The notes below the pieces were generated by a model that saw nothing but the letters and a program-made list of their open reading frames with translations, made no database searches and was not told the DNA's origin. A DNA stretch of 8,983 nt. Source: Tubiluchus corallicola. Taxonomy: Eukaryota > Animalia > Priapulida. Shown piece by piece: positions 7,776 through 8,983 of this stretch; within the stretch, counting starts at the first letter, position 1; every line of letters begins with the position of its first letter. The stretch spans positions 136,190 to 145,172 of the forward strand of contig JAQGDQ010000547.1 of NCBI GenBank assembly GCA_030141605.1. The letters run 5' to 3'. A program made the translations under genes and the position numbers.

Positions 7776-7792
7776 ATGAGGCTGGCATTTAA
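7776..7792 (+). CDS. Probable terminal coding exon (…D-E-A-G-I-stop)
   Basis: Strong acceptor with a branch-point-like ctaat and pyrimidine tract (ctctaattttgcacttccag|). G5634+AT makes GAT, followed by GAG GCT GGC ATT TAA. AT-rich UTR-like sequence follows. Confidence 0.45.
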
Positions 7793-8383
7793 TATAAATA
7801 TCTATGTTGATATTGATGATCGAAGACCGAAGTTTCACTCCAATAGAGAGATAAATTTGTGAGATGGAAAATATTATTTACACAAAATTTTGATTAGCCC
7901 TTTCTTGTCTTGTTAAGAGTTACTACTGCCTTTTTATTTTTGAGGCGTCATTCAGCCTTTGATTAAATTGAAATTGATGCTCATTGCAAGAAGGTTTACA
8001 GTTGGAGTAAGTGCTGTATCTTCACAACAGTAGTTTTGACGGGTCCGTTTACCTTCTTGCAAATTTATTTTACATTTAACTTGATCCAGTTTCCATTCTG
8101 CGCGGTATTTCTAGACGACGTACCTAGTGTAACTCCTCGAACTTTTCGTATGTGGTGCTTCAGCTTTTTAACTGACAGAGCATTGAAACGTCGTCTATTG
8201 GAATGTTAAAAGAGGTAAACGGCTTTTGTTTTAACCACTGTTATTGTCCAGATCATTTGTCGTTTATTGCTAGATGTAAATTTTATTATAAACGTCATGT
8301 AAGTATACCTTTGAAGTGCTCAAGTCTTACTGAAACCTACAAAGTCACTAATGTGAAACACTGTAACTGCACGAATTTAGCAG

Positions 8384-8400
8384 AATAAATTCTTATTAAA
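8384..8400 (+). promoter_or_regulatory. Candidate polyadenylation signal(s)
   Basis: AATAAA at 8384-8389 and ATTAAA at 8395-8400, followed by a TG-rich stretch, about 600 nt after the putative stop. These hexamers are common by chance in AT-rich DNA. Confidence 0.2.
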
Positions 8401-8983
8401 ACAATATATGTTACAAATGTGATGTAATCAGTGTGATAGAGGGGAGTGTCGGTACAATTGAAACCATAGCACTCTTGGAAACTAAGGTAAAGAGACGGTT
8501 AACAGTTTGAATGTTTAACCGACCACTAACTGGTGTAACCATTTAGAAAATCATTAACCGTTTAACCGCTTGTCTACAATTATCTGGCAAACGTGGATGT
8601 TGAAACTAACAATGTGATCACCATCTGACTATTGAAAACTGTTTACAAGAGAAATTCCCATATTTTCTCTTATTGTGCATGGTCATAGCGCCATCCTGCC
8701 GAAATCATTGTAGTAGTGAAAGTAGCACGGGAGTCATGGACCTGTAGCAACATTAACGCATGGTGCTTTCTTGTTCATTGTGCATTAATATTCAGAGTTT
8801 GTGCACTTGGCAGACTCTGGGAGTTTATGTACAGCCAATGATCTGTGAGTAATATTTAAAAAACTTTTGATGTTAAACTAATTGGAGAAAATAAATGTTC
8901 TATGTTCTAAACATGGCACGATTCGGACAGGGTAATGGCGTTGCAGGTATTTCTTTATAATGGTTCATAAAGTGGAATTTTAG

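Noticed and set aside
8173-8195. Penelope-type minimal hammerhead look-alike (ctgacagagcattgaaacgtcg)
   Set aside because: The core is CUGACAGA rather than CUGANGA, and neither stem I nor stem II pairs. Similar partial motifs near 5066 and 7815 also lack stems.

Overview
AT-rich eukaryotic DNA, probably from an invertebrate animal (the 5S-derived sequence looks lophotrochozoan-like; inference). It appears to hold the 3' end of a + strand spliced gene. Two internal exons (435-579, RGG/GAR-rich; 5489-5634, acidic/basic) splice in frame, and a probable short last coding exon lies at 7776-7792. The ~4.9 kb intron between the first two exons is packed with non-autonomous transposons. These are a Tigger/pogo-type MITE (906-1281), a ~0.6 kb bipartite RTE retroelement on the minus strand (1489-3393) whose 5' end is a type-P1 twister ribozyme starting at the expected cleavage site, a 1.3 kb 8-bp-TSD DNA transposon inside the RTE element (1986-3295), a 96-bp MITE inside that (2702-2797), a 5S rRNA-headed SINE with a second RTE-derived body (3958-4503, minus), and a MITE with 39-bp TIRs (4742-5410). 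The next intron has a (TG)n tract and a 21-copy 54/55-bp minisatellite that explains the long ORFs at 6.4-7.7 kb. Most ORFs in the supplied track are not real genes.
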